Shown: positions 1 to 13,886 of the stretch, piece by piece
How positions within the stretch are numbered: the stretch's first letter is position 1
Layout: each line of letters begins with the position of its first letter
Origin: Octopus bimaculoides
Taxonomy: Eukaryota
DNA length: 64,000 nt
Assembly: GCF_001194135.2 (NCBI RefSeq)
Contig: NC_068989.1
Location: 19,388,468-19,452,467, forward strand
Direction of reading: 5' to 3'
The notes under the pieces: model-generated
The model's input: only the letters and a program-made list of their open reading frames with translations
Told to the model about the DNA's origin: nothing
Database searches by the model: none
Program-made: the position numbers and the translations under genes

Positions 1-299
1 AAAGAGAGATTGAGCTGAACGAAGTCATGGCCAGTGTCCACCCACCCATCCATCCACCCTCATCACGAACATATCTATGCAGACAGTATTATATTATTTA
101 TTCTAAAGCCAGAGAGAGAGAGAGACTTTTCTACTTGAAACAAAGAATCTACAAACACACAGGTACAATGTGAGGGGAAGTTTTTGCAAATGAGCCAGCT
201 GTGAAATGAACTCACATACCCCCTTTGTATGTCTGACTTTTTATAGTTTATGCATATAGCGTATACATACCTATATGTCTATCGTATCTACACAACTAA

Positions 300-1095
300 T
301 ATACTCTCTCTCTCTCATTCTGTCCGTATATGTGTATGTGTATATAGATGTCTCTCTCTCTCTCTCTCTCTCTCTTCCACTTATGCCTTTTCTTTGAAAT
401 CTACACTTTCAATTTCTTTAACCTTCTCTCTTGTTTCTTCTACACACACTTCTTATATCTCATTCTCCTTTTCTCTCTCTCCCATATTTACACACACGCA
501 CACACACAAACTCTCTGGTACGCGCATACCTTTTCTCACATTTCTCAACCTACCCCTCTCTCTCTCTTCCTTTCATACACTTTTATCTGTCTTACACTTA
601 GACTAAGCACTTATATACATACATTGTCGCATATTTGTGTCTTCTTACACACATACATACTTTCTCTCTCTCTCTCTTTCTCTCTTTAGACACATACACT
701 TAATGCATTCTTTTTCTCTGACACATTCCTTCTCTCTCTCTCTCTCACACACACACACAGAGTTCCTTCCCTACATTTACACACACACACACAGCGTAAT
801 GACACAAGCACATGTTCTCTTTCACTATCATACACAGACATTCTCTTCCTTACACATATTCTCTCACAGACGCATAACAACCTCATAGTCTACACATACA
901 GACTCTCTCTCTTTCTCTCTCTCATGCCTATACATCTAACAGAAATACATACTCTGTCATATACACACAGACAGTTTCACCCATACAGTCATACATAGCA
1001 GAAGCACGTACTCTGTCATACACACACATAACACACTCCTTTATACAGACACACATTATACAAACAGAACGCTTTCTCTCTTTTATACACACACA
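300..1095. repeat. Compound (CT)n/(CA)n low-complexity tract
   Basis: Interleaved ctctct and acacac runs, which explain the spurious HTHT/SLSL ORFs. Confidence 0.9.
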
Positions 1096-3559
1096 CACAA
1101 CTGTGTCACTTTTCAAGCATAGAAACTTTTGTTGTTCTGCAACACAGTTTTGTTGATGATGGGTTTCTATCTAGGCTGGATGGAGAAAGATGATTGTGGT
1201 ACTTACTGGTTTAGTGGTGTTGGTGCTGGTAGTACTTATAAATAGGTAGTAGTAGTAGTAGTAGTAGTAGTGATGGTAGTGTTACAGGTACTGTAGGTAG
1301 TATTGGAACATTGAGAAAAGGGACACAGTGAGGTGGGGCCCCAAAGAAAGGAAAAGAAAAAAAATAAGGTGTGTGTGGGGGGGGATTAATTTTAAAGCAA
1401 CATAGTTGGCCTCCCCCCTTTCATACACCACACCACCACCAGTGCGCTACCACTACCCTTACCATTGCTACAGAATAGAGATCACACAAGATGAGGGATG
1501 GAGGTTTCTTAAAAGAATAGTTTTACCAGCTGGTATGTTTAAGATGCTGACATTATCTCCCTTGCTGGGAGGCCCCCATGGTGGGTGAGGCTGTAAGGGA
1601 GTGTGTGCGAGAGAGAGAGAACAAGGGAATGTGTGTGTGTGTGTGTATATATAACAACAAGGACAGATAGGCATACAAAAAGATGAAGAAAAAAAAAATT
1701 CAGGAGCAGGATTTTAAGAGTGAATGATTTAGTATGTACCAAATAATGAAGGTTGGAATGACGAAGAACAAAAGCAAGATGAGAGATGATGAACATTGGA
1801 AGGATAACTGTTTTGAGGCTAGTGAGTTTCATCATCATTTAACATCAGTTTTCCATGCAGTCATGGGTTGAATGAGTTTGTAAGGGGATAAAGTTTACTG
1901 ATAAAAGCAGATTGATTTATTGACAGACTAACTTCATCTTCATCTTCATCATTTTAATGTCCTCGCTGGTGCACCACTTTGAAGGGTTTAGTGAAACAAA
2001 TTGACCTTTACTTTTTTTAAGGTGGGTACTTATTCTATCAGTATCATTTGCTGAACCACTAAGTTATGGGAACATAAACAACCAGCATTGGTTGTCAAGC
2101 AATGGTGGGAGACAAGCACACACTCTCTTTACTCTCTCTTAATTGTTTCAGTCATTTGACTGCGGCCATGCTGGAGCACCGCCTTTAGTCGAGCAAATCG
2201 ACCCCAGGACTTATTCTTTGGAAGCCTAGTACTTATTCTATCGGTCTCTTTTGCTGAACTGCTAATGTTATGGGGATGTAAACACACCAGCATCGGTTGT
2301 CAAGCGATGTTGGGGGAACAAACACAGACACACAAACACCCACACACATATATATACAACGTGCTTCTTTCAGTTTCCGTCTACCAAATCCACACACAAG
2401 GCTTTGGTCGGCCCGAGGCTATAGTAGAAGACACTTGCCCAAGGTGCCACGCAGTGGGAATGAACCAGGAACCATTTGGTTCGTAAGCAAGCTACTTACC
2501 ACACAGCCAAACAGGTTTCTTTCAGCTTCTATCAACCAAATCCACTGACAAGGCTTTGATCAGCTCAGAGCTATTAGTGGAGGATATTTGGTTAGGGTGA
2601 CACACACATGACATTGGAAGGTTTCTCACGGTTGCTTCTTGCATGAAGAACATGTAAGCAAATGTACTTAATGTAGTAAGCCAAATATAATTCTTTAATA
2701 AATTGAAATTACAATTGATATGTGAAGAAAGCAATTACTAATGACAATTGTTGAGAGGAGCAAAGAAGAGAACTCCAAGATATAAAAAATGATTAAAAAT
2801 TAAATGTACATATGCTGCTGGCAAACTGTTAATTATAGTGACAACTCTGGATGTGTTTTTGCCTTATTAGACCTCCTCAGTGAAGCACAGTCTAATCTAA
2901 AATCTTACAAGGAACGCTTTGAAGGAATATTTGTGCTTTGTTTTTTTAAGAAAAAGTATTCACAGGTTAGATAATTTAAAATAATGACAAGACTGCAGAC
3001 ATCTATATAAGACAAGAAAGCTTCCCAGACAAACAGGCATGCAGCCAATCAGGTAGTTAAGAATACAGCCTAGATCAGACAAACTGTTATAGATAAAGAC
3101 TTCAGGTATGCAGACAAGACAGAGAGCTGGACAGACTGACAGACTTTCTAGATAGCATCACAATAAAATTGGAGAAAGAAAGAGAGAAAGAGAATGTACT
3201 AGTGTATGTATATCTGAGTAAGAGAGAGGGGGAAGGCTGTCAGACAGACATGCAATAAAACAATAAGTAGACAACAACAACATGCAACATCACTTTACAA
3301 GCAAAACACAAGTACCCTTCAAAAAAAAAAAGAGAGAAATTGCAGACAAGAGTTGTTAAACTGCAAAACATTAATTCAAGAAGTTTTCAGCTGGAAGTCA
3401 CGGGGGTGACATTCCTGTATGCAAAAGACAAAAAAGTCAATTTAAATTTCTCTCTTAACTGAAGAAAACAAAAACAGCAATAAATGTTAACAAGTCTCAA
3501 AGAAAAGGGGAGATAATTTTATGACATTAGGAATTAAACAAAATTATTATACGTGTTAA

Positions 3560-3779
3560 CCCTGTAGCATTTAAACCAGTCATATCTGGTTCAAATATTT
3601 TGCCTGTTCTCTGTTCAAACTGACAAGATCCAGCCTTTCACACCTACCCTACAATGTCACTCTAAAAATAAACAATTACATCATGAAAATCTTGAAGCTG
3701 TATAATAATTTATGATTAATTGAAAACCACATGAATAAATAAGCTTTACATTTCTCTGAATAATCTGAATGCTAAAAGG
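3560..3779 (+). mobile_element. piggyBac-type MITE (TTAA target)
   Basis: TTAA at 3556-59 and 3780-83 with ccct.tagcatt/aatgctaaaagg termini. An inverted copy lies at 14848-15123. Confidence 0.7.
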
Positions 3780-6352
3780 TTAAGGAGGGAGACTAATGTT
3801 TGTTAGCAGGGAAAGGATAATCACAAGCATGTTTCTGCCTTATTAAATTAAACCTTATTCATGAAGCAGAGTCAAAACTTGAGCTTGTCTTACAAAGGTT
3901 TTTTGGATCTATAAGTATTCTTTCTTTTACTTGTTTCAGTCATTAGACTGCGGCCATGCTGGGGCACCACCTTGAAGAATTTTAAAATCAAATAAATTGA
4001 CCCCAGTACTAATTTTTTTTAAAGCCTGGTACTTATTCTATCAGTCTCTTTTGCTCAACCACTAAGTTATGGTTTAAATAGGTCTGAAATGTTCAGACCT
4101 ATTTAGTATCTTCACATACCAACACTGGTTGCCAAGCAGTGGTGAGGAACAAACACAGACACAAAGATACACCTCCATCCCCCAAACACACACACACATA
4201 TATACGACAAGCTTCCTTCAGTTTCTGTTTACTAAATCCACTAACTGGGCTTTGGTCAGCCTGATGCCATAGTAGAAAACACTTGCCTATAGTGCCATGC
4301 AGGAAAACTGAAACCGGAACCATTAGGTTCAAAATAAAAATCAAATGTGGCAAGGGGAATGACTAGAGTGGGTTGATGACATGAATATAGGTAAGTTAAC
4401 ATGGCAATACTAAATGAAACACATTATGTACATATATATATATGTGTGTGTGGGTATATAAGTAATGTTTATTGCCATATATTGTGAGCTGGAGTGGACT
4501 TCTGCTATCTTTTTGGCGGTCGGATGTTCATAACTGAAGATGGGCACAAATAGCCCCCAAATTGATTTGGTCTTGTGATCCCATCATCTGCTAGAGGACG
4601 GTAGAGGTTCACTACCCTGTTTGCAATATATAGTTGGGTGCAGATTGTACCTCATCTGGTGGAAGATCTGCCTGGAGTTAAAATGGTAGTAACATTGAAT
4701 AGCCATATTGGTGTGGTGATACACATTCCTTATCAGTATAGTTACTACTTTCATCTTTTTGAGATTTTTTAGCTAGCTACTTTGCTTGTATATATGTGTG
4801 TGTGTGTCTGTGTTTGTCCCCATAACTTAGTGGTTTGGCAAAAGAGACCAATAGAATAAGTGCTAGGCTTAAAAAAAAACAAGTCTTGGGGTCGATTCAT
4901 TTGACGAAAAATTCTTCAAAGCAGTGACCACACTCAGGCTAGACCTCAGATTTAAGGATATCTTCCTCCCTCTAGTTTCAGTAGCTCTTTAAAATGTCAT
5001 GGACATTGCCTTCTTGCCTGGTTGAGAGTTTAATGAAAAATTGAAAAATGCTTGTGATATAGGTTTAACTTGACAATCACTAATCAGAATACATCAGGTC
5101 ATATTATAAATCTGGAAGGAGAGGAAGTCAGTTTAGGGAAGTAATTTAAGAAGTCAGTGTTTAGGGAGTTATAGTGTGATGCAGAGTCAATTAAGAGTAT
5201 GCATGGATAGGGAAGAGGTTGATTAAAATTATCCAAGGCCTCCGTTTGTTTCATGGATCTACATCTAAAAAGTTTCCTTCTTAAAGGTGAACTGACCTGA
5301 ATAAGGGCTTGTTTTTTTTTTTGTTTTTTTTTTACATAGCTGTGTGGTTAAGAAGAGTTTGTTTTACTATTATGTGGTTTCAGGTTCAGTCTCATTGGCC
5401 ACCACCTTGGGTTAGGGTCTTCTACTATAGAACCAGGCCAACCAATGAATGCCTTATGCAAACTATGTGGAAGCCTCTGTGTGTGTGTGTGTGTTTCTGT
5501 CCCCGCCTCACTGCTTGAGAACTGAGTGCTTGACAATTGGTGTTTGTTTGCATACATCCTCATAACTTAGTTGTTCAGGAAATAAGTACCAGAATTAAAA
5601 CAAAAATAAGTACTAGGATCAATTTGTTTGGCTAAACCCTTCAAGGCTGTACTCCAGTATGATTGCAGTCAAATGCCTTAAACAAATAGAAGATAAATGA
5701 TAATAAAAGGAGACCAGCAGTCAACTAAGCATGCAAGAACTAATATGTCTTAGTACCAGTGTTGTCACATGTGTTGTCATCAAAATGCAAATGCCTAGAA
5801 CATATATATACTAAAGTATCCCATCTGACATTTTAACAATTCCACTTATCTGCCACCCTGGACAAGTACATTCAGATTGATTCAGCAGGATTTGAACTCA
5901 GTGTTCTGGGAGCCATAATAAGTATTGCATGCTAACAAGTTGGTGTTTAAAATTTATACTAAGTTAAAGTATAAATGTATAGTGATACTTTACATAAGCA
6001 TTCTAGATACGTTCCTAAAATATTCCAAGCTAAATGAAGCAACACTATTCAGGTCATTATGATATAACATAAATTGAGAGACATGCAAGCTCAAGTCACA
6101 TTGTGTTGTCACAGGAGAACAAACTGTTAAGTGAGAATTTTTTTAAATCTCTCCAACATTTATTAAGCATGATAAGTACAAATGACAGATCTGACATTCC
6201 AGTTACACTGTAGCTCTACCCTAGTTGAGAACAATACTGTACATTGCTGTGACAAGTATATAGTAATGAATAGTATAGGGGTGGAGGGGACATGTTGATG
6301 TTGAGACAGGTGTGTTAAGGCAAGCAGTGGATGTGTCAGATTTAACAAAAGC

Positions 6353-8107
6353 AAGTTAGACATATATATGCACGTATAGAGATAGGCAGAGTGTACATGG
6401 AATAATTTAAAGTACTTTTGTTAAGATAGGCATGTTACATTGGAATATGTACAGTAGAGACTAGAGAATCAACTCTGACTACCAAGTTAGTTATAGGTAG
6501 GCACCATATAACTAATTAGTTACCTACCTATAACAAAATCAAGTTAGACATACATATGTATGGAGATAGGCAGAGTATATGAGGAATAATTTTAGGTACA
6601 TTCGTTAAGATGTCATATTGGAATGTGTTATAGTAGAGAATCAATTCTGGCTACCAAGTAAGCACCCTATAACTAATTAGTTATGTACCTATATATAACA
6701 AAATCAAGTTAGTTATATTGGGCCATCTCATAAATAATATGGATTTTTTATACTTCTTTTATTTTTCAAAATTAAGATAAAGTTGTGTTTTAATCTAAAA
6801 TATACTCTCCTTCATTTTCTACAATCCTTTCCCATCTATCTGGTAGACTTGCAAGGCCTCTTCTAAAATTCACTTGTCCGTGATAGAAAATACTCTTCCA
6901 GTACTGTTCTTGTCTACAAAATTAATATTTTTCCCATCCAAATGATTTTGAAGACTGCGGAATAAATGATAATCAGATGGCGTAATGTCCAGCAAATATG
7001 GTGGGTGGGGCATCGTCACTGTATGTGGCCAAGTATTATCCTGGAAACCAAAGATGGTCGTTTCTTTTCTAGAGCTGACTGAAGCCGCTCAAGCTGCTTG
7101 CAGTAGATCTCCTTTGTTATCCTTTGGTTTGGGTTTAAAAGTTCAAAGTGGACTAAACTTTCTATATCCCACCAAACAGATAACACCTTACGTGGGTGAA
7201 GATCTTTAGCCTGGGGTGCCAGTGTTTCTCCTTTCCCTACCCACTGTCTTCGGCATTTGACATTTTTATAGAGAACCCATTTCTTGTCACCAGTCACTAT
7301 TCGGTCTTAAAGAGGTTAATTCGTGAGACGTGTCAGCAAAGAAGAGCACACGTTAACTCTCTACATGCGATTAGACTTAGAAAGTTTGTGAGGAACCCAT
7401 TGACCCAATTTTCTGACTTTTCCAATGGCGCACAAGTGTTGATGAATGAATAGTTGAATGACCAAATCCAAACTTCCCTGTTAGTTCCTCAACCATTATG
7501 ATGGGATTTTGTTCCAGCAGGGTTTGTAGGATGTCCCTCTCGAGCTCTACAGATCTTTGATGACAAAGCATGTCTTCTAGGATGTAGTTTCCGGCTCAGA
7601 ATTTCTGGAATCACCGTTGACACTGGCTTACACTTACTGTCCAATATCCATATACTGCATTAATATTCCTTGCACCTTCCATCACGTTGTTGCCTTTATT
7701 GAACTCATAAAGCAAAATATGCCGAATATGCTCCTTTGTCACTTCCATTATAGCTTTGAAAAAATAACTGTTGAAATCGAACTGTACTCTTCAAAACTCG
7801 AACTAAGAATAAGTACAAGGTAAAATTACTACCTGCTTTTATAGCAAATTGATGCAGGTAGATTATCCCAACTCCCTCCGACTTTTAGTTCATGCAATTG
7901 AAAAAATTGCGTTATTAATGGGATGATCCAATACATATGTATGTACAGAGATAGGCAGAGTATATGAGGAATAATTTGAGGTACATTTGTTAAGATAAGC
8001 ATGTTGTATTGGAAAGTGTACAGTAGAGAATCAACTCTGGCTACCAAGTTAGTTATAGGTAGGCACCCTATAACTAATTAGCTACCTACCAATAACTAAC
8101 TTGGTAG
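6353..8107. repeat. Tandem repeat, about three units of 165-190 bp, interrupted by the mariner
   Basis: The unit aagttagaca..gagataggcagagt..gagaatcaactctg..ctaccaag..ctataactaattag starts at 6353, 6541 and 6706. The third unit resumes at 7934 after the mariner. Confidence 0.85.
6718..7931 (-). mobile_element. mariner (DD34D) DNA transposon, near full length, defective transposase
   Basis: Imperfect ~30-bp TIRs (ttgggccatctcataaataat at left; reverse complement of the right end is ttggatcatcccattaataac). TA at 6716-17 and 7932-33. Minus-strand transposase from ATG 7748 (MEVTKEHIRHILLYEFNKG) with TGDKKWVLY, LHPRKV-LSVWWD, QDNTWPHT and PHPPY..DITPSDYHLF motifs, broken by stops, frameshifts and deletions. 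Confidence 0.92.
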
Positions 8108-9000
8108 GCAGGGTTGATGAGAAAGAGATCGAGAGGGTATATATTACTAGGATGAGTACAGAAAGGTTATGCAGTGTAGTAGATAGATTAGATGTATATA
8201 AGTAGTGAGGGGTAGAGGTAACTGGAGAGATAAGACGATGTAAGCCAGTTGAGTGGGAAATTTAGATAAGGTAGATGGAGTGGTAAGTTAGATTAAGTAT
8301 AGGGTAAGAGAAAGGGTAGAAGGTGAGTGGCAAGGTGGATATGGTGGGTAGATTAGATGTTGAGGAGGGAGAGGGGATGGTGTTGGTGTTGTAGGTATAT
8401 GTACCTTGCCATGTTTGTCCTTGGTAATAAGTGGGACAAGTAGTAAGATGAATTGGAGTGGAGAAAAGAAGAGGTGAAGGTGTGGTGTGCCTATGGCCAG
8501 CTGTTGTATTGTGTTTACAATGTAGATAATATGTATGTTTGTGTGATTGTGTCTCTGTGTGCAGGAAAATGTGTGGTGTGTTGGTGCTTGTGTAATTTCT
8601 ATGTATATCTTTGTTTCTCACACATTTATACACAGAGTCAATTTGTGCAATGTGTATATGCATGTTTAAACACTTGTGCCCTGCTGTACTCAAGAAGACC
8701 CGTACTCCACAACAGAAGTCCTAAGATCAGTCCCTCTGGTGGCAGAAAGCACTCCTGGCAGTGCCATGTAAAAGCACCCAACATACTCTGTAAAGTGGTT
8801 GGCGTTATGAAGAGCATCCAGCTGTAGAAACCGTGCCAAATCAGACTGGAGTCTGGTGCATCTTCCCAGCTTTGGTCAAACAGTCCAATCCATGCCAGTA
8901 TGGACAACAGATGTTAAATGATGATGATTCCTATGTATTATTACATATATTTTGCATGCATGTTTGTATGTGAATACATAAGTCTTCACATACCATATAT

Positions 9001-9858
9001 NNNNNNNNNNNNNNNNNNNNNNNNNNNNNNNNNNNNNNNNNNNNNNNNNNNNNNNNNNNNNNNNNNNNNNNNNNNNNNNNNNNNNNNNNNNNNNNNNNNN
9101 NNNNNNNNNNNNNNNNNNNNNNNNNNNNNNNNNNNNNNNNNNNNNNNNNNNNNNNNNNNNNNNNNNNNNNNNNNNNNNNNNNNNNNNNNNNNNNNNNNNN
9201 NNNNNNNNNNNNNNNNNNNNNNNNNNNNNNNNNNNNNNNNNNNNNNNNNNNNNNNNNNNNNNNNNNNNNNNNNNNNNNNNNNNNNNNNNNNNNNNNNNNN
9301 NNNNNNNNNNNNNNNNNNNNNNNNNNNNNNNNNNNNNNNNNNNNNNNNNNNNNNNNNNNNNNNNNNNNNNNNNNNNNNNNNNNNNNNNNNNNNNNNNNNN
9401 NNNNNNNNNNNNNNNNNNNNNNNNNNNNNNNNNNNNNNNNNNNNNNNNNNNNNNNNNNNNNNNNNNNNNNNNNNNNNNNNNNNNNNNNNNNNNNNNNNNN
9501 NNNNNNNNNNNNNNNNNNNNNNNNNNNNNNNNNNNNNNNNNNNNNNNNNNNNNNNNNNNNNNNNNNNNNNNNNNNNNNNNNNNNNNNNNNNNNNNNNNNN
9601 NNNNNNNNNNNNNNNNNNNNNNNNNNNNNNNNNNNNNNNNNNNNNNNNNNNNNNNNNNNNNNNNNNNNNNNNNNNNNNNNNNNNNNNNNNNNNNNNNNNN
9701 NNNNNNNNNNNNNNNNNNNNNNNNNNNNNNNNNNNNNNNNNNNNNNNNNNNNNNNNNNNNNNNNNNNNNNNNNNNNNNNNNNNNNNNNNNNNNNNNNNNN
9801 NNNNNNNNNNNNNNNNNNNNNNNNNNNNNNNNNNNNNNNNNNNNNNNNNNNNNNNNNN
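9001..9858. other. Assembly gap (N run), one of nine
   Basis: Other gaps: 17609-17729, 23921-24088, 25033-25131, 28575-28769, 29963-30483, 34718-35195, 36330-36409, 39502-39605. Most abut microsatellites or TEs. Confidence 0.99.
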
Positions 9859-10134
9859 ATGAACATGCTCATAACACCAAAGATTCTTTGAAAGTTGCCA
9901 TAGTCAGAGTAATGTCCAAAATGAACCAGGACCATTTGATTTGAGCATGTAGATGATTTAGATCTCATACAGAAGCAGTTGTTGAAGCTGAAGGTGGCTT
10001 TATTGAATAACATTATAGAAAAGAAGGTTTATTTTTATCCTCATAGCATTTTTTGATAAATAAAGTTATCATCTGTTATTATATATCTGTTTTTTATAAA
10101 CATAAATCTGTCCTCAAATATCTTGCACACCCTC
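9859..10134 (+). mobile_element. 3' end of a maT/Tc1-type transposon next to the N gap
   Basis: Reads EHAHNTKDSLKVAIVRVMSKMNQDHLI*ACR*FRSHTEAVVEAEGGFIE*, homologous to the C-terminus of the 18.6-kb copy (NTKDELKARI...SHLEAVVEANDNFIE). Ends in TIR-like tgcacaccctc. Confidence 0.72.
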
Positions 10135-10880
10135 TCTTCTAAATGTGAGTAATCATGTCGCTCCTCTGCTCCAGCCCTTTTCTCTCATACTTTCCCCTTC
10201 TCTACTCCTTATTCTCCTGGAATAAAGTTCCCTTTCCCAACTCCAGGTTTGTAGTCTTGCTGGTGACTTGAAACATGAAAGTGGTGAGTACACTGTAAAG
10301 TGGTTGGCATTAGGAAGGGCATCCAGCCATAGAAACCATGGCAAACTGACACTGGAACATGATGTGCTCTTTGGATCCTGTTAACTGTCCAACCCATGCC
10401 AGCATGGAACATGGATATTGACAGATTTCTTTATATCTACCAAATTCACTCACAAGGCTGTGGTTGACCTTGGGCAACATTAAAATACACCTCTCCAAGG
10501 TGCCATGCAGTGGGATTTATCCCCAAGCCACATGGTTGGGAAGCTAACTTTTCGACCACACAGCCATGTCTATGCATTTATATACATACATACATATGTC
10601 ATCATCATTGTCACTTATCATCCATTATTCATGGTGGCATGAGATGGATGGTTTGACCAGAGCTAGGGACCTGCACCAGTCTGATTTGGCATGGTTTCTA
10701 CAGTTGGATGCCCTTCCGAATGCCAACCACTTTACAGAGTGTGCTGGGTAGTTTTACATGGCATTGCCACATGTTTTTTATGCCACTAGAGGGACCGGTT
10801 TGAACACTTCTGCTGTGGCGTATGGGTCTTCTAAGAGTACAGCAAGATACCAAACATCTTGGTCCTTATATATACACATA

Positions 10881-10911
<31 letters not shown>

Positions 10912-12011
10912 GCATATGTGTGTGTGCATGTATACTTACACAAAGTATGTGACTGCTTATGCATATGTGTATATGTGTATATGCAAGTATGTGCATGTGC
11001 AAGCACTCATGCACACATACTCACATAGAACATATGCCAATATATATTTATATTTACCAGATATGTTAACATTGAGCACTGACTCTCTGTTGACTGTCTG
11101 TCTGTCACATATTTACAAATGATGTAATTTTGTACATGCTGTGAGACAAAATGACACAGCACCAGTGAATAACTGTGAAAGCAATCCTTGCAAAACCTTT
11201 GAGACACTGATAACAGGCTTTCCCAGACAGACAGACATACATGTACATACAGGCACACATACTCACACCTATACACATCTTTGTCTTCTATATATCTCAA
11301 AGATAGGTTCTCATGTATCTTTCTCATTTATGTATCTAATAACAAGCATAGCAATACACACACACGCACACATCCATCCCTAACATACTTGTACAAACAT
11401 GTACAAACATATACAATCTACAATAAGAAAAACAGATAATTAACAAATACACAAAGATCACATGTGTGAGCGCTCACACACACACATACACTTGTAACAA
11501 TAACCCACATGATTCTCAGAAACATATATACCCCCTCTTACACAAGCACAAGCGCACACACAGATATGCACAAAATTTTCAAATAAGTAGACCGGAACTC
11601 AAGGGTCAGTTATGTGTATTTGTGAGGTGACAGTGGTGGTGGGACAGGCTAATTAATCAACAACAACAATAATCAGCTTATTAGCTGTGAATAATTAGAG
11701 ATATGCAATGCTGTGGCTTTGATGACTTTATTGAAAGCAATAGGACAAATTTATCATAGGTTTGTATGCGTGTGTAGACTAAGAAGGGATTTCTATGTAG
11801 TCCCACAGCCATCTGGATATAGGAAAAATTCCCCTGAAATCAGAGCCTTTTAAAATAGAAAGGAAACGTTACATAAAACAGTGTGGTCATGGCTGGAATG
11901 CTTTAATTTAGGGCTGACCTAGGAGTTAACAACAAGTACACATTAGTGTATGTGTACGACAATCAGTATTTCAAATCCAGGGGTTAAAAAGTTACATTAC
12001 TTGTATATGTC

Positions 12012-12014
<3 letters not shown>

Positions 12015-12089
<75 letters not shown>
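12015..12089. repeat. (GT)n(AT)n microsatellite
   Basis: Directly visible. Confidence 0.95.
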
Positions 12090-12093
<4 letters not shown>

Positions 12094-13886
12094 GCCCTAA
12101 CTCTTTGAAACGCTTAGTTTTTGAATGGTGGCAGCTGATGAAGGAAATGTTCTCTATGTGGCTTGTGTGTTTTCTGTTTATCATTTTGTCCACGTTTTTT
12201 TTTGCAACATCCTGTACCCAGATATGCATCTATATATACATGTAGATGTAGGTATGTACATACAAGTACGTATATATGCATATACTCATTTATTATTTGT
12301 ATTATATATATATATATATGGGTGTGTGTGTGTGTGTGTATATAGACAGATTGATATATTTGTGTATGAGGTGTATGTGGTGTAAGCATGACTATAAATA
12401 GATATTCCATCCCCTTTTCAATAAATGACTAATCCTAATCTGCACAAAATAATAGTTAATTACTTTAACTATTATTTATGATATTTAAATGAAATGTGAT
12501 ATTTTTTTTCTGTGATCCTCCCTTCATCTATTCACTAATATTTTAATAGATACACATGCACACACACACACGCCCCCACTCACTAAAACAATATTTGTAA
12601 TGCCAAAACTAAATGTTGGTTTCAGGTCCTGGTTGTACGCTCAGGAATGCAGTTGGGTCTCCTTACATGTAGGTAGGAAGTCCCAGAGGATATTATGTCT
12701 GTCATTCATACGTTTACTGCGGGACAATAGTGACATAGGTGAAGTGAAATAGACAGAAGTGGGAATTAAAACCAAGTTCTTGATCCAAACACATGAAGAA
12801 TTTACTCTGTGATGTTTACTTTTTCTCTATTATCATTCCCAAAAGCTGATTTTTTTAATCTTTTACTTGTTTCAGTCGTTGGACTGTGGCCATACTGGGG
12901 TACCATCTTAGAGGGTTTTAGTCAAACAAATTGATTCCAGTACTTTATTTTTGAAGTCCAATACCTATTCTATCAATCTTGTTTGCTGAACTGTTAAGTT
13001 ACAGAGACATAAGCAAACCCACACTGGCACACACACACGCACGCACGCACACAGTGGGTTTCCACAAAGTTTCTGCCTGCTAAATTCACTCATAAAGCAC
13101 TATTCAGCCCAGAGCTATAGTAGAAGATACTTACACAAGGTGCTGCACATTGAGACTGAACCTGAAACCATGTGGCAACAATACGTACTTGTTAACCCTC
13201 CAGCCACACTCAATAGGTTTCACTTCCATATCACATGATCACATTGGTCAACAAATGTTGAATCTGAATAACACGAGCCACATCAATTTCATCAACTGAG
13301 GAGGTCCTGCAAATAATCATGTACACAAACCACCCCTTCCATTTACTCAGTATTCAATTTATTTTACTTCTAAAGCAAACTCTCAGCTGTAGCATTCACT
13401 TACATGTTGGTGAGTGAATGCTGTAGCTAGTCCACATGATTGCAGCAGTGTGAACTCCACTTTACACACCAACAGACCATTTTGGAATGGTAGATTTAAA
13501 ACGGAAAGAACATGCAGGTCTAACAAATCAAAAACAGTGATTTAGAAACACAGGTACATTGAATATGTGTATATAGATAAAGGCATGGGTGTGTGAAGTT
13601 TGCTTCCCAACATGGTTCCAGGTTCAGTCCTATTGCATGGCACCTTGGACAAATTTTCTTCTATTTTAGCCTCAAGTTGACCAAAGCCTTGTACATGGAT
13701 TTGGTAGATGGAAACTGAAAGAATCCCATCATATATATATTTGTATGTATGTATATAAATAAATACGTATGGGTGAGAGCATGATTTTAGTCGGTCTTTG
13801 TCGCCCACCACTGCATAACAATCGATGTTGGTGTGATTACGTCCCATAACTTAGCATTTCAATAAAAGTAACATAAAATATGTACT

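Noticed and set aside
250-1116. ORFs rich in HTHT, SLSL, CVCV and YIYI here and throughout the window
   Set aside because: They are translations of dinucleotide microsatellites.
6353-6715. Repeat array as CRISPR-like
   Set aside because: The units are long and contiguous with no unique spacers or cas genes, and the context is eukaryotic.
8918-10013. Long ORFs of 314 and 360 aa (and similar ones at 28399-28888, 29934-30662, 34630-35286)
   Set aside because: They are open only because they run through N gaps.
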